From the IMG/VR virus record IMGVR_UViG_3300008516_000159: DNA of 64,000 nt; one strand, given 5' to 3'. The number at the start of each line of letters is the position of its first letter. Position 1 is the stretch's first letter. This DNA is from a virus. The notes beneath the pieces are model-generated. The model searched no databases, was not told where the DNA came from, and saw nothing but the letters and a program-made list of their open reading frames with translations. The position numbers and the translations under genes were made by a program. Shown piece by piece: positions 37,269-45,196 of this stretch.

Positions 37269-37493
37269 TCATTCTTCCTTTGAGAATAGTGCTTCCAATC
37301 TGTTCTGTACACCCTGCGCTTCATCAAAGGTGACACAGTTGAGCATATATGTATCGTGCTCAGCTTGAGCCTTGTAGAACCTTAGTTTTTTACCGAACGT
37401 TTTTTCAATTGCTTCTTCGTTCAACACCGTGTTCATGGGAACCTGTAAAAACACGGTGTTTGTTTTTAGTGATATAAATATTCGCTTTTCCAT
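37269..37493 (-). CDS. Hypothetical protein
   Basis: CATAGATAA motif upstream. Confidence 0.65.
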   Translation of the reverse strand: MEKRIFISLKTNTVFLQVPMNTVLNEEAIEKTFGKKLRFYKAQAEHDTYMLNCVTFDEAQGVQNRLEALFSKEE

Positions 37494-37509
37494 GCTATTA
37501 TCTATGTCT

Positions 37510-37621
37510 CAAGCTCTCTCCGGGCACTGCGGTTAGATGTCTCCAATTTAGCTATACCGCACCTCGATCGTGGAGACCGGTTCACGTAAAGAGGTGAGAC
37601 ACGGCGCCCGGACAGAGCTCG
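37510..37621 (-). ncRNA. Candidate three-way-junction RNA with complementary loops
   Basis: Long closing helix CGAGCUCU.UCCGGGCGC / GUGCCCGGA.AGAGCUUG; two hairpins with loop segments GUCUC and GAGAC. Confidence 0.55.
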
Positions 37622-37629
37622 AAACCATG

Positions 37630-37711
37630 TGGGCCGGGGAGGACTCGAACCTCCGAAGTCCGAAGACGTGTGGTTTACAGCCACGTGGAATTGCCACTAT
37701 CCGACCGACCC
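37630..37711 (-). tRNA. tRNA-Tyr(GUA)
   Basis: Loop CU-GUA-AA, long arm GUCUUCGGAC. Confidence 0.92.
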
Positions 37712-37861
37712 TTTTGTTTCTTTTACAACTATCGCATAACATTTATCACAAAGACCGTGAGAAATAACCGGTTCCTTGTATTTAGGATTATCCGGCCATT
37801 CTTCTTCGCGGATGTCTTTACCGCATTTACTACACCGTATTATTGCCTTCATATATTATAT

Positions 37862-37890
37862 ATTATAACCTATTTCTAAAGAATTGTAAA
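37862..37890 (-). promoter_or_regulatory. sigma70-type promoter
   Basis: TTTACA-N17-TATAAT. Confidence 0.8.
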
Positions 37891-37898
37891 GCTAAAGC

Positions 37899-37924
37899 AA
37901 AAAAAAACTTCCCCGCAGGGAAGT
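37899..37924 (-). terminator. Intrinsic terminator
   Basis: ACUUCCC-UGCG-GGGAAGU followed by a U-run. Confidence 0.85.
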
Positions 37925-37952
37925 CTGTTAATCTGATCTCAGGTCCCTGTGG

Positions 37953-38018
37953 TTATGGCGTAATCCTGGCGAGTAGTAAATACAAATCGCCATAACGTTT
38001 ACACAGGTAATGTCTCAT
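37953..38018 (-). CDS. 21-aa peptide MRHYLCKRYGDLYLLLARITP
   Basis: RBS GAGG 8 nt upstream; followed by terminator. Confidence 0.4.
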   Translation of the reverse strand: MRHYLCKRYGDLYLLLARITP

Positions 38019-38050
38019 TTCTTTTTCCTCTCGTATATGTATGTCTTATC

Positions 38051-38269
38051 TTAAGACATATTCACATAATGCTTGTATTTCGGAGGATGTTTTTTCTCCC
38101 AATCGAGGCAGCCAAATTTATCAGGTAGATCTATGATTTTAAAGCTATATAGACCGCACACAGGCTCATCTATATACTTTTGGCGTTCGCTACTTCTTAT
38201 GAACCAGTGACAGTCTACACAGACGTTACCGATCAGAAGTTGTTTGGCTTTTTCTGTTTTCGTTGTCAT
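38051..38269 (-). CDS. KAKxLL/Cys4 small protein
   Basis: EKAKQLLIGNVCVDCHWF..C..CLDW. Confidence 0.75.
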   Translation of the reverse strand: MTTKTEKAKQLLIGNVCVDCHWFIRSSERQKYIDEPVCGLYSFKIIDLPDKFGCLDWEKKHPPKYKHYVNMS

Positions 38270-38411
38270 CACAATACGATGGTTCATAATATTTGCAAGC
38301 TGGAACAGTCTCTGGATCATATATGATCCCACCATCAACTTCACATAAGTGAAAATGATGTGGTGTTCCTGCGCATTTTAGACAAGTTATGCACGTCTTT
38401 TTATCGTTCAT
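38226..38411 (-). CDS. Cys4 small protein
   Basis: CITCLKC..C..CKYY. Confidence 0.65.
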   Translation of the reverse strand: MNDKKTCITCLKCAGTPHHFHLCEVDGGIIYDPETVPACKYYEPSYCDDNENRKSQTTSDR

Positions 38412-38412
38412 T

Positions 38413-38486
38413 TGAGCGATAGTGGGTTCGAACCACTGACCTCTTGGACGTCGACCAAGCGCTCATACCAACTGAGCTAATCGCCC
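38413..38486 (-). tRNA. tRNA-Val(GAC), C33, G37
   Basis: GGGCGAUUAGCUCAG start; loop UC-GAC-GU. Confidence 0.88.
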
Positions 38487-38809
38487 TGTTCCTCCACTTT
38501 AGCATCATACTCAGAAAGATTACTAATCACATCGGCTTTTTCCTGCATTTCTCTATTGTCTAATTGAAAAATCAAGTTAACACATACGCACGCCATTTGC
38601 AAAAGCCGTTTTTTCAATTCAATTTTAAAATATGGATTTGATACATCCAACTTATCAATTTTCGCAAGACGCTTTCGTAACATTCTACGAAACTCTTCTA
38701 TTCCTGCATCTTTGTTTAGGTCGCTCCACAAAAACTCTTGAATCTTTCTGGCGGCTATCATGACATCCACCATGATTTTTTCTTCATCAGATAATCTTTT
38801 AGAATCCAT
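38477..38809 (-). CDS. Hypothetical helical protein
   Basis: ELKKRLLQMACVC; TAG stop is tRNA positions 8-10. Confidence 0.7.
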   Translation of the reverse strand: MDSKRLSDEEKIMVDVMIAARKIQEFLWSDLNKDAGIEEFRRMLRKRLAKIDKLDVSNPYFKIELKKRLLQMACVCVNLIFQLDNREMQEKADVISNLSEYDAKVEEQGD

Positions 38810-38821
38810 GTTATCCTCGTG

Positions 38822-38894
38822 TGCGGAGTGAGGGAGTCGAACCCCCGACTTTCTGAATGTAAGTCAGACGCGCTACCAGCTGCGCTAACCCCGC
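38822..38894 (-). tRNA. tRNA-Val(UAC)
   Basis: Loop CU-UAC-AU. Confidence 0.92.
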
Positions 38895-39007
38895 TAAAGA
38901 ACTCTGGTGAAATTTCCTACCAAAAGCATATCTCTCTTTTTGCTTAGCAGGCGGATCAGAGAGCCATTTCTTTTTTCACACGCCGTCTCGCTATTACAGA
39001 GTTCGTG

Positions 39008-39080
39008 TCCCCCGGGACAGTATCGAACTGCCTACGCTCTGGCCTTCAACCAGACGCTCTACCTATTGAGCTACCGAGGG
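39008..39080 (-). tRNA. tRNA-Phe(GAA), G37 G38
   Basis: Loop UU-GAA-GG. Confidence 0.85.
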
Positions 39081-39105
39081 TTAATCAAATCATGATATGT
39101 CTTGC

Positions 39106-39318
39106 TCAACGAGGCCGCCGCGCGTCGTTAAGCTCAACAGCACGCCAACGAGTAATCTTTCGCCAATGCTCACATGTTCTCACTAGTGGCAATCTTAGGT
39201 TTTTTGACTCAGGCCTAAACCTATAACATTTTCCCGTAGCATCAAACCAATAACAATTTTCACAAACCTTACCGATTAATAAGCTTTTAGCTCTTATCGC
39301 TTTATGAATTTTTCGCAT
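39106..39318 (-). CDS. KAKxLL/Cys4 small protein
   Basis: RAKSLLIGKVCENCYWF..C..CEHW. Confidence 0.75.
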   Translation of the reverse strand: MRKIHKAIRAKSLLIGKVCENCYWFDATGKCYRFRPESKNLRLPLVRTCEHWRKITRWRAVELNDARRPR

Positions 39319-39512
39319 GTTCTTGTCAATGGCGTCATAACCTTAAGATTGTGACATTCTCCATCTAAGATTTTCAGCTTGCAACCGAAAGCCCTAATCA
39401 TTTCTTCTGCATCTGGCAATGTCTCAAATATCAACTGCTTCGGAAACACGCAGTTGTTGCATGTTTTGTCCGTCAAAATGGCCATGGCTGTTTGTTTTTT
39501 ATCTAACTTCAT
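39294..39512 (-). CDS. KAKxLL/Cys4 small protein (diverged)
   Basis: TAMAILTDKTCNNC..C..CEKF. Confidence 0.7.
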   Translation of the reverse strand: MKLDKKQTAMAILTDKTCNNCVFPKQLIFETLPDAEEMIRAFGCKLKILDGECHNLKVMTPLTRTCEKFIKR

Positions 39513-39527
39513 TTCTATGTAAATCAT

Positions 39528-39599
39528 TAGGCCCTGAGGGAATTGAACCCCCGGCACCTAGATTAAGAGTCTAGTGTTCTTCCGCTGAACTAAGGGCCC
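39528..39599 (-). tRNA. tRNA-Lys(CUU)
   Basis: Loop CU-CUU-AA. Confidence 0.9.
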
Positions 39600-40024
39600 G
39601 GTATAACTGAGTAATCTTCAGCCAAATGAACTCTCTGTTGTTGATTGTTCTTAGCTGGTTCTACTCTTAATGATATATTATCACCAGAAAAATCTACTAT
39701 AGGTATAAAATATAACCTTTTATTATTTGGACAATAAACGACAACCAAATCAATTTCATCTTTTCTGGCTGGTCTCCTCCGCTTTCCTTGGTAAGGTCCT
39801 GAACTACTTATATCAACAAGCAACGCTCCATTGGTTTTTTTCCCTTCGCGAATAGAAATATATTTTACTTGGACTCTTAAACACTTTCCGTTCTTATACG
39901 CAATAAAGTCAAATGGCAAATGCTCGCTTATTGTTGTAAAAATATAGTATCCACTTTCCGCAAAAGACAATTGAGCTTTGTAGACGGCCAAATCTCCTTT
40001 ATCTGCAGTAGGGTGTTTATTCAT
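39590..40024 (-). CDS. PD-(D/E)XK endonuclease, I-Ssp6803I-like
   Basis: KGDLA...PFDFI...RVQVK...ID.VVVYCP...LYFIP; stop inside tRNA-Lys. Confidence 0.88.
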   Translation of the reverse strand: MNKHPTADKGDLAVYKAQLSFAESGYYIFTTISEHLPFDFIAYKNGKCLRVQVKYISIREGKKTNGALLVDISSSGPYQGKRRRPARKDEIDLVVVYCPNNKRLYFIPIVDFSGDNISLRVEPAKNNQQQRVHLAEDYSVIPGP

Positions 40025-40218
40025 TAAGAGCCCCTATTTTCAAAACGCTCACAATACTTTGGCATTTCGATTATTTCGCCAGTCTTGTCACAATAATATT
40101 TATTTAAAGCAAATGATACATTTCTCCATATGCAAGACTCGCAGTTTTCATTCTTGAGAATATGTTTTGCAACTTTAGACTTGTTCACTTTTACCTGTCC
40201 AAAATTCACACGTGCCAA
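40024..40218 (-). CDS. KAKxLL/Cys4 small protein
   Basis: VAKHILKNENCESCIW..C..CERF. Confidence 0.7.
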   Translation of the reverse strand: MARVNFGQVKVNKSKVAKHILKNENCESCIWRNVSFALNKYYCDKTGEIIEMPKYCERFENRGS

Positions 40219-40390
40219 ATGTAGGCCTCTGCTTCATATCGTGAGTGTGATTTTTTTCCGGCCAAGCGTAATGAGACTGATCTCTACACCAGCTTTTAAA
40301 AGAGATGCCTTCGTAGTCAAGACATTCCTGGCATTTATGGCCAGTTAATAAATGTTTGGCTATTTTTGCTATTTTTTTAATTGCTATCAC
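40175..40390 (-). CDS. KAKxLL/Cys4 small protein
   Basis: IAKHLLTGHKCQECL..C..CEFW. Confidence 0.7.
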   Translation of the reverse strand: MIAIKKIAKIAKHLLTGHKCQECLDYEGISFKSWCRDQSHYAWPEKNHTHDMKQRPTFGTCEFWTGKSEQV

Positions 40391-40406
40391 CTCTCTAAAT
40401 AATATG

Positions 40407-40479
40407 TGTGCACGGCTGGACTTGAACCAGCTGCCTCAGAGTTATCAGCTCTGTGCTCTACCAGCTGAGCTACGCGCAC
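40407..40479 (-). tRNA. tRNA-Ile(GAU)
   Basis: Loop CU-GAU-AA. Confidence 0.92.
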
Positions 40480-40571
40480 TTATTTCTCTCTAATAGCTTT
40501 CTGCCAAACAATACCGACGAAAATAATAATCGTACCGGCACTAATCAAAATCCAACTTTGTAGTACTTGAC

Positions 40572-40811
40572 TCATTCTTTTTTCCCTGCTAAAACTATTC
40601 TCAAATCTTGCTCAATCATACCGTAAAGCTCATCAATTAATATTTCTCCGAGTTCTCCATATTTCTTTTCCAACTCAGCAACGCCAAGCTCGTTTTCATC
40701 GAGACGCATTGAAGGCTGGTCATCTATAACCAGACATCCCTCTTTGATCTCAAACTTGTATCCTGGAAAATCTTGTTTGAGCCGCGTCAAAATTTCTGCA
40801 TTAAAATCCAT
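40572..40811 (-). CDS. Hypothetical protein
   Basis: Co-oriented run. Confidence 0.65.
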   Translation of the reverse strand: MDFNAEILTRLKQDFPGYKFEIKEGCLVIDDQPSMRLDENELGVAELEKKYGELGEILIDELYGMIEQDLRIVLAGKKE

Positions 40812-40830
40812 ATATTATTCCTTTCACCCG

Positions 40831-41277
40831 CTAGGACACTGGTGTGAATCTCCCCTGTTTACTTAGATCCCTCCTTTCATAAGCCCATTTGGAGCGACAG
40901 GATTTCGAACAAAACGTGTTTGTAATTCCTCTTTTCATCCTCTTGCGATGATCTCGCTCTAATCTTTCAAACCGCATGCCGCATTCGTTGCACACGAGAG
41001 TGATTTGTGGAGATTTTCGCGGCCGAGGACGGTTGCGCTTTCTGTGGCTAAAAGCGATATTATCCAAATCAAAGAAAAGTTCGATTGGATCCTTGCTGTG
41101 TAGCCACGGCACCTTATGTTCTATACTCAACTCATCGGCGCCTTCAATCCTCTTTCCGCATCGAAAACAAACATCTTCTCCCAAACGTCGAACCATATTG
41201 AACAACAACATTTTTTTCAGTTTGGAGGCGGCAGTTGTGTGGCTCACACCCAACTGTTCTTTTTTGGAGTCACTCAT
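40831..41277 (-). CDS. HNH-family endonuclease with C-terminal Zn finger
   Basis: CFRCG..SIEHKVPW..LDNIAFSH..N; CNECG..FCSKSC. Confidence 0.78.
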   Translation of the reverse strand: MSDSKKEQLGVSHTTAASKLKKMLLFNMVRRLGEDVCFRCGKRIEGADELSIEHKVPWLHSKDPIELFFDLDNIAFSHRKRNRPRPRKSPQITLVCNECGMRFERLERDHRKRMKRGITNTFCSKSCRSKWAYERRDLSKQGRFTPVS

Positions 41278-41297
41278 TTTAAGCCTTTTTTAAAAGA

Positions 41298-41550
41298 ATA
41301 ATAGCTCTCATAACCTGGATTCTGATTAAATCTACATCTATCTCAGCCTTAGACTGGCCCTTGCGAGCTGCCCGCTACCCGCTCATCATGATGCCACTTA
41401 CGCATTAGAGCTGCTTGCGGTCGCACGGTAGATCGCCATAGCGATCTTTATGAGTGGTAAAACGGCTTGTGGCCTCCCACACTAAGTGGACCGTGTCCAG
41501 AGTTTTCTCTACATATTGTGAAATATGCAGCGTAGATCCGGAGCTATTAT
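41298..41550 (-). ncRNA. rnpB: RNase P RNA, minimal (253 nt)
   Basis: P1 AUAAUAGCUC/GAGCUAUUAU; P2 AUCUAC/GUAGAU; P3 hairpin; CR-I GAGAAAACUCUGG and CR-V CAGAAUCCAGGUUA form P4 with bulged U; L15 GGGUA; CR-IV AGAUAGAUG. Confidence 0.87.
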
Positions 41551-41551
41551 T

Positions 41552-41623
41552 TAGGCCGAGCGGGATTCGAACCCAGCATTGAGCGGTTATAAGCCGCCGA
41601 GTCTACCATTGACTTACCGGCCC
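41552..41623 (-). tRNA. tRNA-Ile(UAU)
   Basis: Loop CU-UAU-AA. Confidence 0.9.
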
Positions 41624-41677
41624 GTGCGCTTGGCAAACTTCTCAGCGAGCTTTTCTGTCGCTATTGTTTCTACGTAT

Positions 41678-41706
41678 AGTATACCAAGCAATCCTAAAAT
41701 TGTAAA
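41678..41706 (-). promoter_or_regulatory. sigma70-type promoter upstream of tRNA-Ile(UAU) and rnpB
   Basis: TTTACA-N17-TATACT. Confidence 0.75.
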
Positions 41707-41729
41707 GGTATTAATTAAAATCTGCATCT

Positions 41730-41903
41730 CTATATCTCCATAGCCGATTCATCGATACAACTAGCACAGAGCCAATGTTTAGTATAATCACCATACATGT
41801 CGGCAGCATATGGATCTTCAGTGTATTCTGCGTTAGGATTGCCACACCTTTCGCAGGGTTTGGATAATAAAAGCTCTTTTGCTTTTTCGGCCTTTTGTTT
41901 CAC
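41730..41903 (-). CDS. KAKELLL Zn-finger paralog (not in ORF track)
   Basis: GTG start; KAEKAKELLLSKPCERCG..EDPY..KHWLCASC. Confidence 0.75.
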   Translation of the reverse strand: MKQKAEKAKELLLSKPCERCGNPNAEYTEDPYAADMYGDYTKHWLCASCIDESAMEI

Positions 41904-42127
41904 GTGTTAACCCCCTGTGATAACGCGAACCATTTTGAAAGATCTCTGTCTGTTGGAATTGCCACATCTAATTCTTCGAGACAATTGTAGCAAAGCCAAT
42001 GTTTATCATGGTTATCGAACATCTCAGCATCATACGGATCTTCAACGTATATTGCGTCAGCGTTGCCACACCTGTCACAAGGTTTAGATAACAAAAGCTC
42101 TTTTGCTTTTTTGGTCTTTTCTTTCAT
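41900..42127 (-). CDS. KAKELLL Zn-finger paralog
   Basis: KAKELLLSKPCDRCG..EDPY..KHWLCYNC. Confidence 0.8.
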   Translation of the reverse strand: MKEKTKKAKELLLSKPCDRCGNADAIYVEDPYDAEMFDNHDKHWLCYNCLEELDVAIPTDRDLSKWFALSQGVNT

Positions 42128-42138
42128 GACATTATCTA

Positions 42139-42300
42139 TTACGCGTCAACTGAAACACATTTATCACAAAGCCAATGTTTAGTGTGATAACCGTTGGCCA
42201 GAAGAAATGGATCTTCAACTTTCGTAGCGTTAGGGTTGCCACACCTTTCACACGGCTTGGATAATAAAAGCTCTTTTGCTTTTTCGGTTTTTTCTTTCAT
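42139..42300 (-). CDS. KAKELLL Zn-finger paralog
   Basis: KAKELLLSKPCERCG..EDPF..KHWLCDKC. Confidence 0.8.
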   Translation of the reverse strand: MKEKTEKAKELLLSKPCERCGNPNATKVEDPFLLANGYHTKHWLCDKCVSVDA

Positions 42301-42316
42301 GGCATTATCTATGTCT

Positions 42317-42402
42317 CGGAGACGCGGGGATTCGAACCCCGAACCCGCTTCCGCGAGCACCTGTCTTCCAAACAGGCCGACTACCAGTTATCACACGTCT
42401 CC
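42317..42402 (-). tRNA. tRNA-Ser(GGA)
   Basis: Loop UU-GGA-AG, long arm, G73. Confidence 0.92.
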
Positions 42403-42415
42403 CTGTGTCCTTCAT

Positions 42416-42643
42416 TCAGCATCTATTATTGGCTAGCACTATTTCAAGTCTACAGGCTCGACACACACTCAATATGGTACCGTCTTCTAATCGTTCCCAA
42501 CCAAAGTATTTACACATATACCTTCTTGGATAATAATGCCCACATATTTCACACTTGTATTTCCTTCTCCTCATTTTAGCGCACTCTTCACAACAGTACC
42601 TGGATAATAAAAAATCCTTTGCTTTTTTGGTCTTTTTCTTCAC
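42416..42643 (-). CDS. KAKxLL Zn-finger protein
   Basis: KAKDFLL; CEICG..CRAC. Confidence 0.7.
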   Translation of the reverse strand: MKKKTKKAKDFLLSRYCCEECAKMRRRKYKCEICGHYYPRRYMCKYFGWERLEDGTILSVCRACRLEIVLANNRC

Positions 42644-42662
42644 GGCCTTATCTATGTCTCAA

Positions 42663-43067
42663 TTACATAGGTGACTTTTCTTCAACCACTCCGCGGTCTT
42701 CCAACTCAGGTCTGTGTCGGTAAAGCAAAGGTCTTTGGATTTTGACCAGCTCATAACCTACAATATCACCGAGAATTTTTAGCCATGTTCCACGGCAAAA
42801 AGGCCCATCGGCCAAGTCGCTACCGCGTGTCCATTCTTCTCCGGCTCTTGGTTTTCTTGAGCTGGCTATACATCCAAGATAACCATCGTCTTTTCCGCCT
42901 ATTGGTGGTCTGGCTGATATACCATAAGAATGATCATTGGTATACAACTTCAAATAAACACGACCCTTTTCCTCGGCAACATAAATACAGTCTTCTTCTT
43001 TGTAACCGGCGTATCTTAATTCGCCAACCCACTCCATTAGTTGATTCTTGATATCCTCGAGTTCCAT
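42663..43067 (-). CDS. Conserved phage hypothetical protein
   Basis: GYLGCIASSRKPRAGE.W.RG.DLADG. Confidence 0.75.
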   Translation of the reverse strand: MELEDIKNQLMEWVGELRYAGYKEEDCIYVAEEKGRVYLKLYTNDHSYGISARPPIGGKDDGYLGCIASSRKPRAGEEWTRGSDLADGPFCRGTWLKILGDIVGYELVKIQRPLLYRHRPELEDRGVVEEKSPM

Positions 43068-43137
43068 AACAGAACCTCCTAAACTTTTAATTTGCCATAA
43101 CGGCTATTATTCCTTGTGTCTCTAAATAGTGTTGCTT

Positions 43138-43572
43138 TTATTCCTCTGTCGCCGGCTTAAAATAATATACATTCCAGCCAGTAGTCCGGTTATCAATCAT
43201 CCTTATCCCACTGTCGCCTATTAGTATATAGACATCGTCACCCACATCGCAGTTCAAAAATAAATCGCGATTGTCAAACGACCACGAACCATTTCTTTCC
43301 AGATTTTTTTCTATTGTTTCTTTTTCGGTCGTCTTGATACAAATAATCTCGGTCAGGGTTCCAGTTATATGTGTGTAATACTTATTTTCACTCACGAGCA
43401 ATTGATCTACCACACGACCAGCATAAGCATATGAAGTCTTGGCATCTAATCTAGATTCGTCTTGTATCTTAAAGTTCGCTGGATTGTATAATAACACATA
43501 ACACAAAAGTGTACACAGTCCTGCGGCCGCAAACACAACACTTACTTTAAACCAAAATCTATTCTTACCCAT
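43138..43572 (-). CDS. Membrane-anchored hypothetical protein
   Basis: N-terminal TM helix; RBS aaggag. Confidence 0.7.
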   Translation of the reverse strand: MGKNRFWFKVSVVFAAAGLCTLLCYVLLYNPANFKIQDESRLDAKTSYAYAGRVVDQLLVSENKYYTHITGTLTEIICIKTTEKETIEKNLERNGSWSFDNRDLFLNCDVGDDVYILIGDSGIRMIDNRTTGWNVYYFKPATEE

Positions 43573-43595
43573 TTTTATCTCCTTGTACCTATATT

Positions 43596-43683
43596 CGGAG
43601 AGCTAGAGATTCGAACTCTAAAAGCAACAATTGTCGCTTTACTGCTTTTCGAAAGCAGCTCCTCATCCAACCGGATGCCCTCC
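43596..43683 (-). tRNA. tRNA-Ser(CGA)
   Basis: Loop UU-CGA-AA, long arm, G73. Confidence 0.9.
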
Positions 43684-44082
43684 ATTATATTTCTCGTAGT
43701 ATTTTTTTCGATATCTATTATAATTATTATTACAACCCCTATTTCTACCTGCAAATGTAGTTGTTTGGCTATTACAGTTAGAACAAATAAGTCTCAAATT
43801 ATTTTTGCTGTGATTTATATTATTTCCGTCAATATGATCCAATACAAATATAAGATCTTTGTTGTTCCAAACATTTTCCATTCCACATATGGCGCATTGA
43901 TTATTCTGTTCACTTAATAGATATCGTCTGATCCAAATACCAGGCTTTTTAGATGTTGCTCCACTTTTTAGCCATTCTATAATATATATTTCTTCGCGAT
44001 GTCTTCTACTACAGCTGTCACAACATTCGCTGTTGCTGTAAATCTTTCTTCCACAATTACAAATTTTATTCTTTTGTGGCAT
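43663..44082 (-). CDS. HNH endonuclease
   Basis: CAICG..LDHIDGN..N..NLRLICSNCNSQT; stop inside tRNA-Ser. Confidence 0.9.
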   Translation of the reverse strand: MPQKNKICNCGRKIYSNSECCDSCSRRHREEIYIIEWLKSGATSKKPGIWIRRYLLSEQNNQCAICGMENVWNNKDLIFVLDHIDGNNINHSKNNLRLICSNCNSQTTTFAGRNRGCNNNYNRYRKKYYEKYNGGHPVG

Positions 44083-44716
44083 GCATATATTCCTTTACTG
44101 GTTTGTAGCTTCTTCTGTGTATCTCACAAGGTCCGTATTTCAGCAGGCCCTTGATGTGTTCTCTTGTCGGATAACCTTTGTTTTTATCAAAATGGTAACC
44201 GTCAAAATGGTAGTTCATATCTATCATATGATCATCTCTTATTACTTTAGCCAAGATGCTTGCCGCAGCAACAGCCAAACTTTTGTCTTCGCCATATACA
44301 AATGAAATAGTCGGTACTTTTAAATATAACCAGTTTAATTTAACAGCATCCACCATTACATATTCTAGTGTTTTACTATACTTGGCTAAATCTTCTCGAG
44401 CAGAAATTATAGCCATTTTCATCGCCATTTTCGTGGCTTTCAATATGTTTATGTCATCTATAGTAAAGGCGTGAACAGTTCCCCAACCATAGGCAACAGC
44501 GCTGCTTTTTATATCAACACACAATCTTCTTCTCTGCCAATTAGTAAGCTTCTTGGAATCTTTTATGCCTTGCGGTATATTGTCGTAATCCAACACCACA
44601 CAGGCCGCAATAACCGGGCCAGCTAAACTTCCACGGCCAGCTTCATCTACTCCAGCTATTGTGTAGTACCCAAGATTCCTCAGGAAATCATCTATCTTGT
44701 TCATCTTCAGCACCAA
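44066..44716 (-). CDS. rnhB: Ribonuclease HII
   Basis: AGVDEAGRGSLAGPV, DSKKL, VDA, VAAASILAKV.RD, NKGYPT..H, HRRSY. Confidence 0.95.
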   Translation of the reverse strand: MVLKMNKIDDFLRNLGYYTIAGVDEAGRGSLAGPVIAACVVLDYDNIPQGIKDSKKLTNWQRRRLCVDIKSSAVAYGWGTVHAFTIDDINILKATKMAMKMAIISAREDLAKYSKTLEYVMVDAVKLNWLYLKVPTISFVYGEDKSLAVAAASILAKVIRDDHMIDMNYHFDGYHFDKNKGYPTREHIKGLLKYGPCEIHRRSYKPVKEYMHATKE

Positions 44717-44963
44717 GCTGGCTTAACCACATTTCTAATTGATGATAGAAATCATCATCGAAAGCTACCTTTTCCATGAAGGCCCATATGACTTGTTTGT
44801 TCTTAACTTCGTCCCATAGTTCCTTTGTGATCTTTTTAGCCAATTGATATTCATAGCCCGCTTTCCAGCATTTTTCGCAACAATATTCACTTTCCCAGAA
44901 ATTAGACAGACTGCAGCTGGTGCAGTGATGATATTTTTTACCACAACTTTTACATATAGCCAT
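44688..44963 (-). CDS. Cys-rich hypothetical protein
   Basis: CKSCG..CTSC..CCEKC. Confidence 0.7.
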   Translation of the reverse strand: MAICKSCGKKYHHCTSCSLSNFWESEYCCEKCWKAGYEYQLAKKITKELWDEVKNKQVIWAFMEKVAFDDDFYHQLEMWLSQLGAEDEQDR

Positions 44964-45110
44964 TCAATATCTCATATACATATGCTTTTAATAATATAGA
45001 CGCCGCCCCGTTGTTACGAGTATATATATCAAGCTCCTTAACTTGACCCCGCGTTGCCTACCGAACCTGGGGCTGCGCGCCTATTGGCGATCAAGAAGGA
45101 TCGACCAATA

Positions 45111-45196
45111 CGGAAGGCCGGGGATTCGAACCCCGAAGCCACTTGCGCGACCAACAGATTAGCAATCTGTCCGACTACCAATTATCGCAGCCTTCC
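45111..45196 (-). tRNA. tRNA-Ser(GCU)
   Basis: Loop UU-GCU-AA, long arm with GCAA loop. Confidence 0.92.
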
